Assembly (NCBI GenBank): GCA_964510585.1
Contig: CAZECW010000196.1
Location: 1 to 32,000 of the forward strand
Direction of reading: 5' to 3'
Length of the DNA: 32,000 nt
DNA from: an uncultured archaeon
Lineage (GTDB): Archaea > Asgardarchaeota > Jordiarchaeia > Jordiarchaeales > Jordiarchaeaceae
Below the pieces are notes generated by a model. The model was given only the letters and a program-made list of their open reading frames with translations. It did not search any database and was not told the origin of the DNA. Both the position numbers and the translations under genes were made by a program. Positions within the stretch are counted from its first letter, which is position 1; each line of letters starts with the position of its first letter. This document shows, one piece after another, positions 17,703-26,762 of the stretch.

Positions 17703-17956
17703 GCGTCCGCCTCATAAGACTTTTTTTCGAATTCTTTCCAGCTTTCGATAGCTTCTACGCCTAGGTCTACTTGGTCAAAATGTTCGGTAAGATCGACGCG
17801 TTGCTTGGGGATTATTTTCAAGTAACCCCTTTTCTTTATAATGTAGAGTTCTCGGCTTTCCCCGATTTCCTCCTCACGCCAGTCTGCAGGTAAAATAAGG
17901 CGGCCCTGAGCATCGATCTTTCTAACTTCTACTCCAATTTTCATTTTTTTCACCAT
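17699..17956 (-). CDS. vapB: AbrB/SpoVT-type antitoxin
   Basis: Motif RKIDAQGRLILPADWR; overlaps the PIN gene start by 4 nt. Confidence 0.85.
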   Translation of the reverse strand: MVKKMKIGVEVRKIDAQGRLILPADWREEEIGESRELYIIKKRGYLKIIPKQRVDLTEHFDQVDLGVEAIESWKEFEKKSYEADA

Positions 17957-18233
17957 AAAAAGGTTAAATTCACCATTAATAAAGTTTTTCCTCCAAAAAA
18001 TTCAACAAGCACCTGAAAAATTTGGCCAAAGAGCTAAGAACTGGTTGCAGATTCAATTTAAGAAAAAGTCTCGAGAAAGCCGCCGACTTGAAGTGTCAAA
18101 ACTTAAAAAAAGAATTATTTTTGGTGGGGGGACAGAAGCTTTTTTACTGGTTTGTTGGGGGTGGTCGGCGGTTGAGCTGGTGTTTGGTGAATTTGAAGAG
18201 TGGGTAGGAGAGGATGGTTTTGTGGAATTCCTG

Positions 18234-19793
18234 TTAGAAGAATTCGCTTCTGTCTACCCACTTTGGGAAGTACTGGTAATATTCTTTAGGTTTTGCCTTT
18301 TTGAGTCCCTGGTATGTTGCTCTGGTGAGGGCTATTACGCCTCTCTTATCTCTGTAGTTTTTGGCGAGTCCTTTTTCCTCTAGTGACATAAGAATTTCAT
18401 CCAGTTTTTCTTCATCAGTTCTTAATCGGGCTAAGAGTTGGTCGCGGCTGAAGTGAAGTCCGGGGTTAATTTTCCAGTATTCTGCTAAAACATTGAGCAC
18501 AGTGTTTTCGTCGATTTCGGTGCCTTCGGGAAGAGGGATTACTTCCATGTGTGGGATTGGCATTTGGAGTTCGGGGTGCATTTCGCGCCAGGGAGCCTTG
18601 AAGTCACTCGCGTGAATCCTTAAGCCCTGCCTGTACAAGAGAAGTCTAAGCACTTCGTTAGTGCCGGCGCCGATTTCGAGGATTTTAACATCTCTCAAAA
18701 TTGCCTCTATGGGATAGAAGCGTGTGAGGCCATCTCCACCCATAATCTGGATGCAGTCCAGCGCAGCCTTTCTCATAGCCTCAGTAATGTAAATTTTTGC
18801 TGCGGTGGATTCCAGGAAGGGGCCAAGTGGAGCCATTCCGCCTATGTCTATCTGGTAGGCGATATAGTAGGCGAGGAGTCTGAGTATTTTCCAGTTCGCA
18901 ATCATGTCCGCCACCTTTAACTGGTTAGCTTGGAATTCCCTTGTGGGTTGACCGAACTGGACTCTTCTATCCATACTGAAAGCTGCGTATCTCACACATT
19001 CTCTAATGGCAGAAACGCCTGCTATGGCGCCCAGTGTTCTCTCAAAATTCAGTCCTGAGATCATAATGTTCCAGCCCATTCCCTCACCTGCTAAAACGTT
19101 TGCGGCAGGAACACGCGCATCGTCAAAGTTCAGATAGCCGTTGCGGACACCATCCCAACCTATTAACTCGTTAATTTTTTCTACGGTAAATCCGGGTGTG
19201 CCTTTTTCCACCAAAAACCCCGTTAGGTGCTTGTATGCCTTGATATCTGCGGGATTATCACTAGTTTTGGCGTAAACCATATAGACATCCGCCAATCCGG
19301 CGTTAGTGATGAATCTCTTTTTGCCGTTGAGTATGTACTCATCTCCATCCCTAACCGCAGTGGTTTCAATACCAGCTGCGTCACTGCCGATGAACGGTTC
19401 TGTGATGCAAACCGCGCCCATTATTTCTCCCCGAGCAAATTTGGGAAGCCACTTCTCCTTTTGCTCCTCGTTACCGAAATGTACAGTCTGGTGGCATCCT
19501 CCAAACATGGTGGTGGCGAAGGATGTTGCGATGGCCCCGAGGCGTGCTATTCCCTCCATTCCTATGCAGCACCCGGTGACTCCCGCTTCTTTTCCCATTC
19601 CACCGTATTCTTCGGGAATAATTGTCGCAGGCCAACCGTCTTTTAAGACTTTGTCCATTAGGTCGTAGGGGAACTCCTTCTTATAGGCAGCCTCAGTGGC
19701 CCTTCCAATATTTTTATCCACAAAATCTTCAATTTTGTCTGCTAATTCACACTGGGTCTTATTCCACCAAGGATACTTGTCCAAAACAATCAC
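18234..19793 (-). CDS. Acyl-CoA dehydrogenase with a C-terminal winged-helix-like extension
   Basis: Motifs IPEEYGG, CITEPFIGSD, LNGKKRFITNA, LNFERT, QIMGGDG and EIGAGTNEV. About 110 extra C-terminal residues include SRDQLLARL..LDEILMSLEEKGLAK. Confidence 0.92.
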   Translation of the reverse strand: MIVLDKYPWWNKTQCELADKIEDFVDKNIGRATEAAYKKEFPYDLMDKVLKDGWPATIIPEEYGGMGKEAGVTGCCIGMEGIARLGAIATSFATTMFGGCHQTVHFGNEEQKEKWLPKFARGEIMGAVCITEPFIGSDAAGIETTAVRDGDEYILNGKKRFITNAGLADVYMVYAKTSDNPADIKAYKHLTGFLVEKGTPGFTVEKINELIGWDGVRNGYLNFDDARVPAANVLAGEGMGWNIMISGLNFERTLGAIAGVSAIRECVRYAAFSMDRRVQFGQPTREFQANQLKVADMIANWKILRLLAYYIAYQIDIGGMAPLGPFLESTAAKIYITEAMRKAALDCIQIMGGDGLTRFYPIEAILRDVKILEIGAGTNEVLRLLLYRQGLRIHASDFKAPWREMHPELQMPIPHMEVIPLPEGTEIDENTVLNVLAEYWKINPGLHFSRDQLLARLRTDEEKLDEILMSLEEKGLAKNYRDKRGVIALTRATYQGLKKAKPKEYYQYFPKWVDRSEFF

Positions 19794-19932
19794 CTAAAAG
19801 AGTACTTCTTTTCCAATGAATTGGAATGCTTAATAAAGCTATTTGAAAAAAGTTCCAGAAAATGCGAAATATAGTTAACAAAAAATATTGTTTGAAAACT
19901 GGAGTAAATTGAATAAATAAAGGGATTTGAAT

Positions 19933-20382
19933 TTACCATAATCTGGTGTTTGACACCATGGCCGAGGCTTCCCCGTCTACGCAAACTTCGCCTCGTTGGT
20001 TCTTAATCTGCATCTTGATGGTGACCACTCCGCCGTTATACTTGGCTACATCCTTCTTGTTTATTATCTCTAATTCGGCATGTATGGTGTCTCCAATTTT
20101 TACGGGGGCGGTGAACTTGTAATGTGCGCCTAGGAAGGCTATCGCTGTTCCACTTAGCAGTTGTCCCAGGTATCCAGATAGCACGCTGACTGAGAGCAGC
20201 CCGTGGGCTATTCTAGTTTTGAATGGGGTTTTCTTGGCAAACTCTTCATCAATGTGGAGTGGGTTATAATCGCCGGAGAGGGACGCGAAAAGGATTATAT
20301 GTGCATCAGTAATTGTTACGGCTGGAGATTTATCTTTGGCTCCTATTTGGAATTCCCCATAAGTTTTTCCTAACTGACTCAT
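19933..20382 (-). CDS. MaoC-family (R)-specific enoyl-CoA hydratase/dehydratase
   Basis: Motifs FASLSGDYNPLHIDEEFAK, RIAHGLL and FTAPVKIGDT. Confidence 0.92.
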   Translation of the reverse strand: MSQLGKTYGEFQIGAKDKSPAVTITDAHIILFASLSGDYNPLHIDEEFAKKTPFKTRIAHGLLSVSVLSGYLGQLLSGTAIAFLGAHYKFTAPVKIGDTIHAELEIINKKDVAKYNGGVVTIKMQIKNQRGEVCVDGEASAMVSNTRLW

Positions 20383-20452
20383 TTTATTCAACCTCGTATC
20401 CCAGAGATTGCATGTTTTACTTAAATCTTTCCAAAGCTTTTATTCTCTAACC

Positions 20453-21856
20453 TTACCTGTTTTTATTCCAGTCTGAAATCTCTTTGATTGTTTTCACCGC
20501 CGTTCTGATTGTGGGGTATGTGGGTATTTTATTTTCGAGGAGTAAATTGTGGGCTTTTTGTGAGAGGATTCTTGATGCTAGCCAACAGACTATCAACGGT
20601 TTATTGAATTTCCTCACTTCTTGTGAGACTTTGACTATATCTTCTGCGAGGAGAACTGCAGGGTCGTCTACCGCGCTTGTTATGATGAGTAGGATGGTGT
20701 TTAGATAATCCTCTCCGCAGAGGGTTTCTATGCATTGTTTAAACATTCCCAAGTTTAATATTATCTGGCCGGTGACATCTAGAGGATTTTTAATTTGGGC
20801 GAATTCTGGTAGTATCCCTTTCAACTTCCCCTTCACTTGTTCTTTAAATTCTGGTATCTCAAGCCCAAATTCTTCACATAGATCTGCGGCCATTGTACAG
20901 GCGGCGCCACTGGTTGCAATTACCGCTATTCTGTTGTCTATAGGCTTGGGTTGCCATGAGAGCGCCATGGGCATGTGGTAAAGGTCGTCTAAGTCCTGGC
21001 AGGGGATGATTTTTGAATCTTTAAGTAGTTTGTTGTCCTCCTCTCTGGCTCGTGGGGTTAAACCTGTATGGTACTGGGTGAGATTCATTCCCTTTTTGGA
21101 CCATGCTGCTTTTAAAACCACTACGGCTTTTCCAGCCATTTTAGCCTTCTCCGCCGCTTGGTGGAACAGTTCTTTGTTTTTGATGGCTTCCACATAGACC
21201 ACAATATTTTTGGTGTAGGGATCCTCAGCCATAAAGTCTAGGAATTCAGCTGTTTCCAAATCCGCCTCGTTCCCCGTGGATACACATCGACTTACCCCCA
21301 ATCCTAAGTCCCACATGTGGGTGAGGGTGCTGCCCATAACGGCTCCAGAGTGTGAAATTAGGCCCACATCTCCCTTTATGGGAGTGTTGGGAACAAGCAA
21401 TGTGGGCGAGAAGGATGCACAGAAATCATTGGGGGTGGAAATAACCCCCTGCGAGTTGGGACCGCAGAGGCGCAGTCCACCCTTACTAGCTTTCGTCACA
21501 AGAGTTTTTTGCTCCTCAACTTTTCCCACTTCTGCGAAGCCAGCGGATCCAATTATGGCGCATTTTACCCCCTTATTAACACAATCTTCAACTATTTTTT
21601 CAACGGTAGCTGCGGGAGTAAGTATGTATACTAAATCCACTTTCTTGGGGATATCGCTCACGGAGGGGTAACACTTTAGACCCATAACGCTTTCTTCTGA
21701 TGGATTAACGGGAAAAGCGCGTTCCTTTGGGAACCCTCTTTGAAGAAGAAAGTTCAAAGCTATGCTACCCAACTTTGAAGGATTATTAGAAGCACCCACA
21801 ATAGCAACAGAATCTGGATCAAACATGGCGCTTATGCTTTCATCCAAACAGATCAC
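20453..21856 (-). CDS. ADP-forming acyl-CoA synthetase, alpha subunit (CoA-binding + succinyl-CoA-ligase-like domains)
   Basis: Motifs VAIVGASNNP, CGPNSQG, SHSGA, TGNEAD, YHTG (phospho-His position) and NPLDVTG. No ATP-grasp beta subunit is seen in the window. Confidence 0.9.
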   Translation of the reverse strand: MICLDESISAMFDPDSVAIVGASNNPSKLGSIALNFLLQRGFPKERAFPVNPSEESVMGLKCYPSVSDIPKKVDLVYILTPAATVEKIVEDCVNKGVKCAIIGSAGFAEVGKVEEQKTLVTKASKGGLRLCGPNSQGVISTPNDFCASFSPTLLVPNTPIKGDVGLISHSGAVMGSTLTHMWDLGLGVSRCVSTGNEADLETAEFLDFMAEDPYTKNIVVYVEAIKNKELFHQAAEKAKMAGKAVVVLKAAWSKKGMNLTQYHTGLTPRAREEDNKLLKDSKIIPCQDLDDLYHMPMALSWQPKPIDNRIAVIATSGAACTMAADLCEEFGLEIPEFKEQVKGKLKGILPEFAQIKNPLDVTGQIILNLGMFKQCIETLCGEDYLNTILLIITSAVDDPAVLLAEDIVKVSQEVRKFNKPLIVCWLASRILSQKAHNLLLENKIPTYPTIRTAVKTIKEISDWNKNR

Positions 21857-22193
21857 CTCTAACCCAAAGCTTTTGACGCAATAAACTTCACGTTTTCATA
21901 GTAGTCCATTTCTCCCCTAAAGATAATTTGCTTTGTGTTAAATTACCCTAGGATACTTGTTTTTTTATAACCACTCTCATTTTTAACACGTTATTGACTC
22001 TTATCAAACAAATTTCTTTTATAAAAGAGATTATTGGCTTCAGGAACCAAAAAATTTTATTGATTACCTAGAGATTTAGCTAAAAGTTATATATATTAAT
22101 AGACCCTTAATTTCAGGGACATATTGGTTTTTTGAGGTGGTTCTGTTGTCAGTTAGTAAAATGTTTGCTTTGTGGAACCTCGTTCCGGGTGGA

Positions 22194-22631
22194 ATGAGGG
22201 CAAATCTTGTGCAGGAATCCTTAATGGACACCGTAGCTGCGCTTTCAGCTGCCATAATTAAGGCTTATAAAAAAGAGGGTGAAAAACTGATAGCTGATGT
22301 TTTTAGGGAGCAAGGCCGGAATCAGGGAAATCTGCTCAAAGAAAGGCTTGGGTTGGGAAACACTCTTAAGGATGCTGTGGATGCTTGGAAAATTGCTGGT
22401 AATTTAACAAAACTGAAGGCGAAATTTGAAAAGAGCGGCGAAAACTCCTACGATGCTTATCATCTAAACTGTCCAATGCATGAAGCGTTTAGGAAATATA
22501 AAATTTTATGCGATGTAGCTTGTTTCCCTATGGTTGAAGCCATGGCTAAAACTGTTTGTCCCCAAGCCAAAATGTCAGTAGTTCGGAAGCCTACCCTTGA
22601 AGAAACCTGCATTAAACGGTTAACTCTGTGA
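22194..22631 (+). CDS. Small ligand/metal-binding alpha-beta protein (ATC-hydrolase/V4R-like)
   Basis: N-terminal helices followed by NCPMHEA, LCDVAC and a final TCIK (Cys triad pattern). Start moved to ATG 22194 after GGTGGA. Confidence 0.6.
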   Translation: MRANLVQESLMDTVAALSAAIIKAYKKEGEKLIADVFREQGRNQGNLLKERLGLGNTLKDAVDAWKIAGNLTKLKAKFEKSGENSYDAYHLNCPMHEAFRKYKILCDVACFPMVEAMAKTVCPQAKMSVVRKPTLEETCIKRLTL

Positions 22632-22966
22632 TTTCTATAAATACTAGGGCGCCTGGTCAGGAGTAGCTTATAGCTTTCGGGTGTTTAAATTTTCCTTTAT
22701 TTGCTATAAAAACATGTTTTCGTTCTTTGTCTAAGAAGCGCAGCTTATGTACGTTTTTAAATTTTTATGGATTTCCCTTGTATAAGCATTTTTCATTTGA
22801 AATTTAATTTTCTCACCAAAATGAACATTTGCGGGTTTTGATATTTATTTTCTTTAATGTTTTTAAAAAATATTATTTGTTTTATACTATTTTTATATTT
22901 AATTCCCTAAATCCTTATTAGTCCAGTTTATAATTCTTATATTAAACATGTAATCTGTTTCAGGTT

Positions 22967-23251
22967 GTGTTAGAAGTGACGGCGGGAGAGTATAAATTGG
23001 TACTCTACAAGTCTCAAAGAACACCTAAATATAACCAGGTTTTAAACAACATTAAGAAAAGTCTGGAAAATCTGAAATTAGATCTCGAGATTGAGGAGGT
23101 AGATTTAGATAAAAATCCTGAGAGAGCCTTAAGAGATGGGGTATTAACAACGCCAACACTGGATCTTGTAGGTTTAAATTGGAGATTTATTGGGGTACCA
23201 ACTGTGGATGAGCTTACAGAGATTTTAGAAGACATCAAAAAGCGGAGGTAA
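22967..23251 (+). CDS. KaiB-like thioredoxin-fold protein without CxxC
   Basis: LVLYKSQRTPK and EVDLDKNPERALRDGVLTTPTL align by eye with KaiB LKLYVAGxTP and [22 protein letters not shown]. Confidence 0.8.
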   Translation: MLEVTAGEYKLVLYKSQRTPKYNQVLNNIKKSLENLKLDLEIEEVDLDKNPERALRDGVLTTPTLDLVGLNWRFIGVPTVDELTEILEDIKKRR

Positions 23252-23259
23252 AAACAATC

Positions 23260-24054
23260 ATGGGTGATAGAGGTAGCCCCCGCCGTGATACTCTTCTGGG
23301 GGAGCTTCGGAGAAGGACAAAAATGTTTGAGGGTGAATCAGAGTTGGGTGAAAGGACGCCCACAGGCATTAAGGGGTTCGACGAGATGGTTCAAGGAGGA
23401 CTGCTACGGGGCGAAACTTACATAGTTACTGGTATTTCTGGTGCTGGGAAATCCATTTTCTCACTGGAGTTTTTGTACAGAGGAGCTTCTCAATTTGATG
23501 AACCAGGACTGTATGTAACCTTTGAGGAAACCATGCAGAGTTTGCTTCGCAATGGCAAAAACTTTGGATGGAACCTGCCTGAGCTTATTAGGCAGAAGAG
23601 GCTACTAATCGCAGATTTTACACTTATGACTGTGGGTGATAGAGCTCTATCTTTGAATCCTGAAGCCTTCAACCTTGATGGCTTGTATGTTACGCTCGAA
23701 GCCGCTGTGAGAGAGTTGGGGATAAAGAGAGTTGTTCTTGATTCCGTATCTGTGCTATTCTTACAATATCCCAATACTGGTGTGATACGCAGAGAACTGA
23801 ATATTATCTCCAGCATGCTGCGAAAGAACAAGTGTACCTCCATATTTGTAACTGAGACTGGTAGCGAACCAAGTGCTATCACTCGTTTTGGGGTGGAAGA
23901 ATATCTAGCAAATGGAGTTATAGTACTATACTGGGAAGCTGAAGGTGATAAAAGGAATAGGTATATTGAAGTTTTCAAGATGAGGGGCACAGCTCACTAT
24001 ATGGGTAGGAGGAGACTTTCCATCACCAACGATGGCATTAGCGTAATCTACTAG
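23260..24054 (+). CDS. Single-domain KaiC-like ATPase, catalytically intact, resembling the KaiC CI domain
   Basis: Walker A GISGAGKS, YVTFEE, VVLDS, ITRFGVEEYLANGVIVL and arginine-finger FKMRGT. Confidence 0.92.
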   Translation: MGDRGSPRRDTLLGELRRRTKMFEGESELGERTPTGIKGFDEMVQGGLLRGETYIVTGISGAGKSIFSLEFLYRGASQFDEPGLYVTFEETMQSLLRNGKNFGWNLPELIRQKRLLIADFTLMTVGDRALSLNPEAFNLDGLYVTLEAAVRELGIKRVVLDSVSVLFLQYPNTGVIRRELNIISSMLRKNKCTSIFVTETGSEPSAITRFGVEEYLANGVIVLYWEAEGDKRNRYIEVFKMRGTAHYMGRRRLSITNDGISVIY

Positions 24055-24062
24055 GAGACATT

Positions 24063-25235
24063 GTGCCCATGTTAAAAACAAACATTCCCTTTTTTGACAA
24101 AAAAATTGGAGGAATTCCGGAAAGCAAAAAAATCGTGTTCATGGTAGCGCCAGAAATAGACCCCTCAATAATAGGTCTGCATTTCGCAAAGGTAGGTTTG
24201 GACAATGGATACCGTATAATGTATGTGGTTAACAACAAGTTTCCCGACGCTGTGAGGAAAAAGGCCAAAGCCTTGGGTTGGGCAACTGACCCTTTTGAGA
24301 AAGAAGGCTCCTTCATCTTAGTAGATGCCTACTGCGGATACAGTGGTATAGATAGTAAAGAAAAGTTTGTCACAAATCCCTACGATGCTGAGGAAACCCG
24401 AGAAAAATTATCCCAGTTATCATCTGCAAAAACCGTTGTGATCTTTGACTCAATAAGTAGCTTCATAGATATGCATGGGAATGGAGTAGAAGAGATTCTG
24501 AATCTAATTGGTTGCCTTCGTGAAGCCATTGTTATTGGACTCTTCTCCCTATGGACGTACCAGCCAGAGCAAGTTGGTAAGATCAACGAATTTTTTGAAG
24601 GTGTTTTCGAAATTAAACCCAGTAAAAAGCTCTTCTACATTAGGGAATCCCTTTACATAAAAAAGGTGACATGGACTAATAATGCAGGTTTTGAAATTCC
24701 AGTAAGGATACTAATTCCTGGGGGATTAAGAGTATACATACCAAAAATTGTAGTGACCGGAGCCTACCACGCGGGAAAAACAACCTTCCTCCATGCAGTA
24801 GCCGATGAAGCGATAAGCGTAGATCGTATGGGAACAACGGTAGCTCTCGACTATGGAAAATTGGATTATCGAGGGTTCTACATAGAATTCTTTGGAACCC
24901 CTGGCCAGCCACAGTTTGATCCTCTGGTGGAAATGATAGCTAGGGAAGCCATGGGATTAATTCTAATAGTGGATAGTAGTGATGTGGGAACTTTTGAGAG
25001 AGCCAGAATCCTTTTTGAGAAGTGCGGAGGTTACAACTTACCCTCCGTAATAGCGGCAAACAAGCAGGATCTCAAAGAAGCCCTACCTCCTCTAAGTGTT
25101 CAGGAGAAGTTGGCTCTTCCCTTAAGAATACCGGTGATAGGTTGCAGTGCGAAGACCAAAAATAACTTAACTCTGGTGATTGATGTTCTCCTCGATATCA
25201 TTTTGTTTGGAGGAATTAGAATTGAGAATGGGTGA
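24063..25235 (+). CDS. Degenerate KaiC/RecA-fold domain fused to a C-terminal small (MglA/Ras-like) GTPase
   Basis: The N-terminal domain starts LKTNIPFFDKKIGG but has APEIDPS in place of Walker A. The C-terminal domain has GAYHAGKTT, TTVALDYG, FGTPGQ, ANKQD and CSAK. Confidence 0.9.
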   Translation: MPMLKTNIPFFDKKIGGIPESKKIVFMVAPEIDPSIIGLHFAKVGLDNGYRIMYVVNNKFPDAVRKKAKALGWATDPFEKEGSFILVDAYCGYSGIDSKEKFVTNPYDAEETREKLSQLSSAKTVVIFDSISSFIDMHGNGVEEILNLIGCLREAIVIGLFSLWTYQPEQVGKINEFFEGVFEIKPSKKLFYIRESLYIKKVTWTNNAGFEIPVRILIPGGLRVYIPKIVVTGAYHAGKTTFLHAVADEAISVDRMGTTVALDYGKLDYRGFYIEFFGTPGQPQFDPLVEMIAREAMGLILIVDSSDVGTFERARILFEKCGGYNLPSVIAANKQDLKEALPPLSVQEKLALPLRIPVIGCSAKTKNNLTLVIDVLLDIILFGGIRIENG

Positions 25236-25590
25236 CACAGGAGAGTTGGATAGGGTTTTGGCCAGCTTACAAAACATTTCAGATGTGGATGGCGCTGCTG
25301 TAGTAACCAGAAATGGTATACTGATAACTAGCAGCCTTCCACAGGACGTCGATGGACAAAAATTTGCGGCTATGGCTGCGTCTTTAGTTGGTGCGTCGGA
25401 AACAGTGGCAGCTTTACTAAAGTCATTCATGAAAAGAGCAATAATAGAAGTGGAAAGGGGGAAATTGCTAGCCTTAGGTGCAGGACCCAAAGCGATTCTT
25501 ATTGTATTACTCAATGATAGGGCGGATGTCGAAAGTCTATTAAGAGAAATAGAACCTCGCCGAAAAGACATTATGAAAATATTTAAATAA
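25228..25590 (+). CDS. Roadblock/LC7 (MglB-like) protein
   Basis: Motifs VDGAAVVTRNGILI, FAAMAASLVGASE and AIIEVERGKLL; overlaps the GTPase stop by 8 nt. Confidence 0.92.
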   Translation: MGDTGELDRVLASLQNISDVDGAAVVTRNGILITSSLPQDVDGQKFAAMAASLVGASETVAALLKSFMKRAIIEVERGKLLALGAGPKAILIVLLNDRADVESLLREIEPRRKDIMKIFK

Positions 25591-25721
25591 TCACTAAATT
25601 TTATTTTACAAAACTCAAGTTTACTAACAAAAGATTAACTTTTTAATTTATAGAGTATTGCTATCTTGTTGCGGAGCTTAAGAAATAATTGGAAGGGCTT
25701 TATTGGAAGGAGTGACTTTAC

Positions 25722-26447
25722 TTGTCAGAGCGGGAAAAAGAAAAGAGAATACCCACAGGAATACGGGGCTTAGATGAATTGCTAAATAGTGGTTTGCGTC
25801 CGGGTTCTCTCTGCATAATTATGGGTGAGCCGCTCTGCGGAAAAGAGGTTCTAGCGAAGGAATTCTTTTATCGGGGTCTCGAGAGGGGAGAGGCGGGTAT
25901 TTATGTTACTACGAATAATTTTGCTGAAGACATATTTAGTGAAATGGAAGATTTCGGCTGGTCTCTAATTCCTTATGGTGACGAGGAAAAAGTTGCATAC
26001 AAAATAATTGATACCTATACTCAAACAGTGAACCCCCATGTGGAAGACACAAAAACAGTCATGTATGTTCCTGCCGCAACTGACTTAGCGGGACTAAGCT
26101 CAAAAATAGTGGAAGCAATAACTATTTTGACTGAGAATTTTAAAAGGCTGAGAATGGTCTTAGACTCCCTATCAAGCATCATTACTTTTACCACCGATGC
26201 TGCTGCCATTAGGTTTCTCTCCTTCCTCAAAGCGCGAATACGGCTGGTTAAGGGATTATTTGTTGCCCTTCTAGAATCCGAACTAACTGAGAAGAGTGTA
26301 ATGATGCAAATATTGCAACTAGCAGACGTTATAATCGAAATTAAAGGTAACAAGCTACACGTGAGGCAAAGCGGAAAAGCGGCGACAATGGGAGAATTTA
26401 AAATAACCGAGAAAGGAATGGAAATACGCCTAGCAAAGTCAGAGTAA
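25722..26447 (+). CDS. Single-domain KaiC/RAD55-like protein with degenerate catalytic motifs
   Basis: RIPTGIRGLDELL and GEPLCGKE (Walker A S/T replaced by E). YVTTNN lacks the catalytic EE, and there is no KxRG finger. Confidence 0.85.
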   Translation: MSEREKEKRIPTGIRGLDELLNSGLRPGSLCIIMGEPLCGKEVLAKEFFYRGLERGEAGIYVTTNNFAEDIFSEMEDFGWSLIPYGDEEKVAYKIIDTYTQTVNPHVEDTKTVMYVPAATDLAGLSSKIVEAITILTENFKRLRMVLDSLSSIITFTTDAAAIRFLSFLKARIRLVKGLFVALLESELTEKSVMMQILQLADVIIEIKGNKLHVRQSGKAATMGEFKITEKGMEIRLAKSE

Positions 26448-26762
26448 ACCGCTCACCATATAACTATTCTAATTTTAAACCAAGAATTGGTAAACACCAA
26501 AATTGAAACAATTAATACCCTGATTTGTTCCTATTTCACTCTGTTCACAAGATTACGGCTGATACTATATGATGTATTCCAGAGGGAAAACAATGATTCT
26601 CCAAAAAAGGCGGGTGGTAGCTGGGAATGTGAACCAAGAACTCGTAGAATCTAACTTGGGAAATGTGAAAAAATCATTAATTTTTTAGTGAAATTTAGAA
26701 TAGAAAAAAAATATAATGAACCAGACTAATATTCTAATATGATTATTTGTGGAGGAAGAACT

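Noticed and set aside
17277-17956. vapBC as cargo of a composite mobile element
   Set aside because: It lies outside the IS110 ends and beyond the tnpB-like right end, with no second boundary visible. It is an ordinary TA pair.
22967-26447. Calling the kai-like operon a circadian clock
   Set aside because: There is no kaiA and no double-domain KaiC. The position of the CII Ser/Thr phosphosites reads EEY, QL or EF in the three paralogs.
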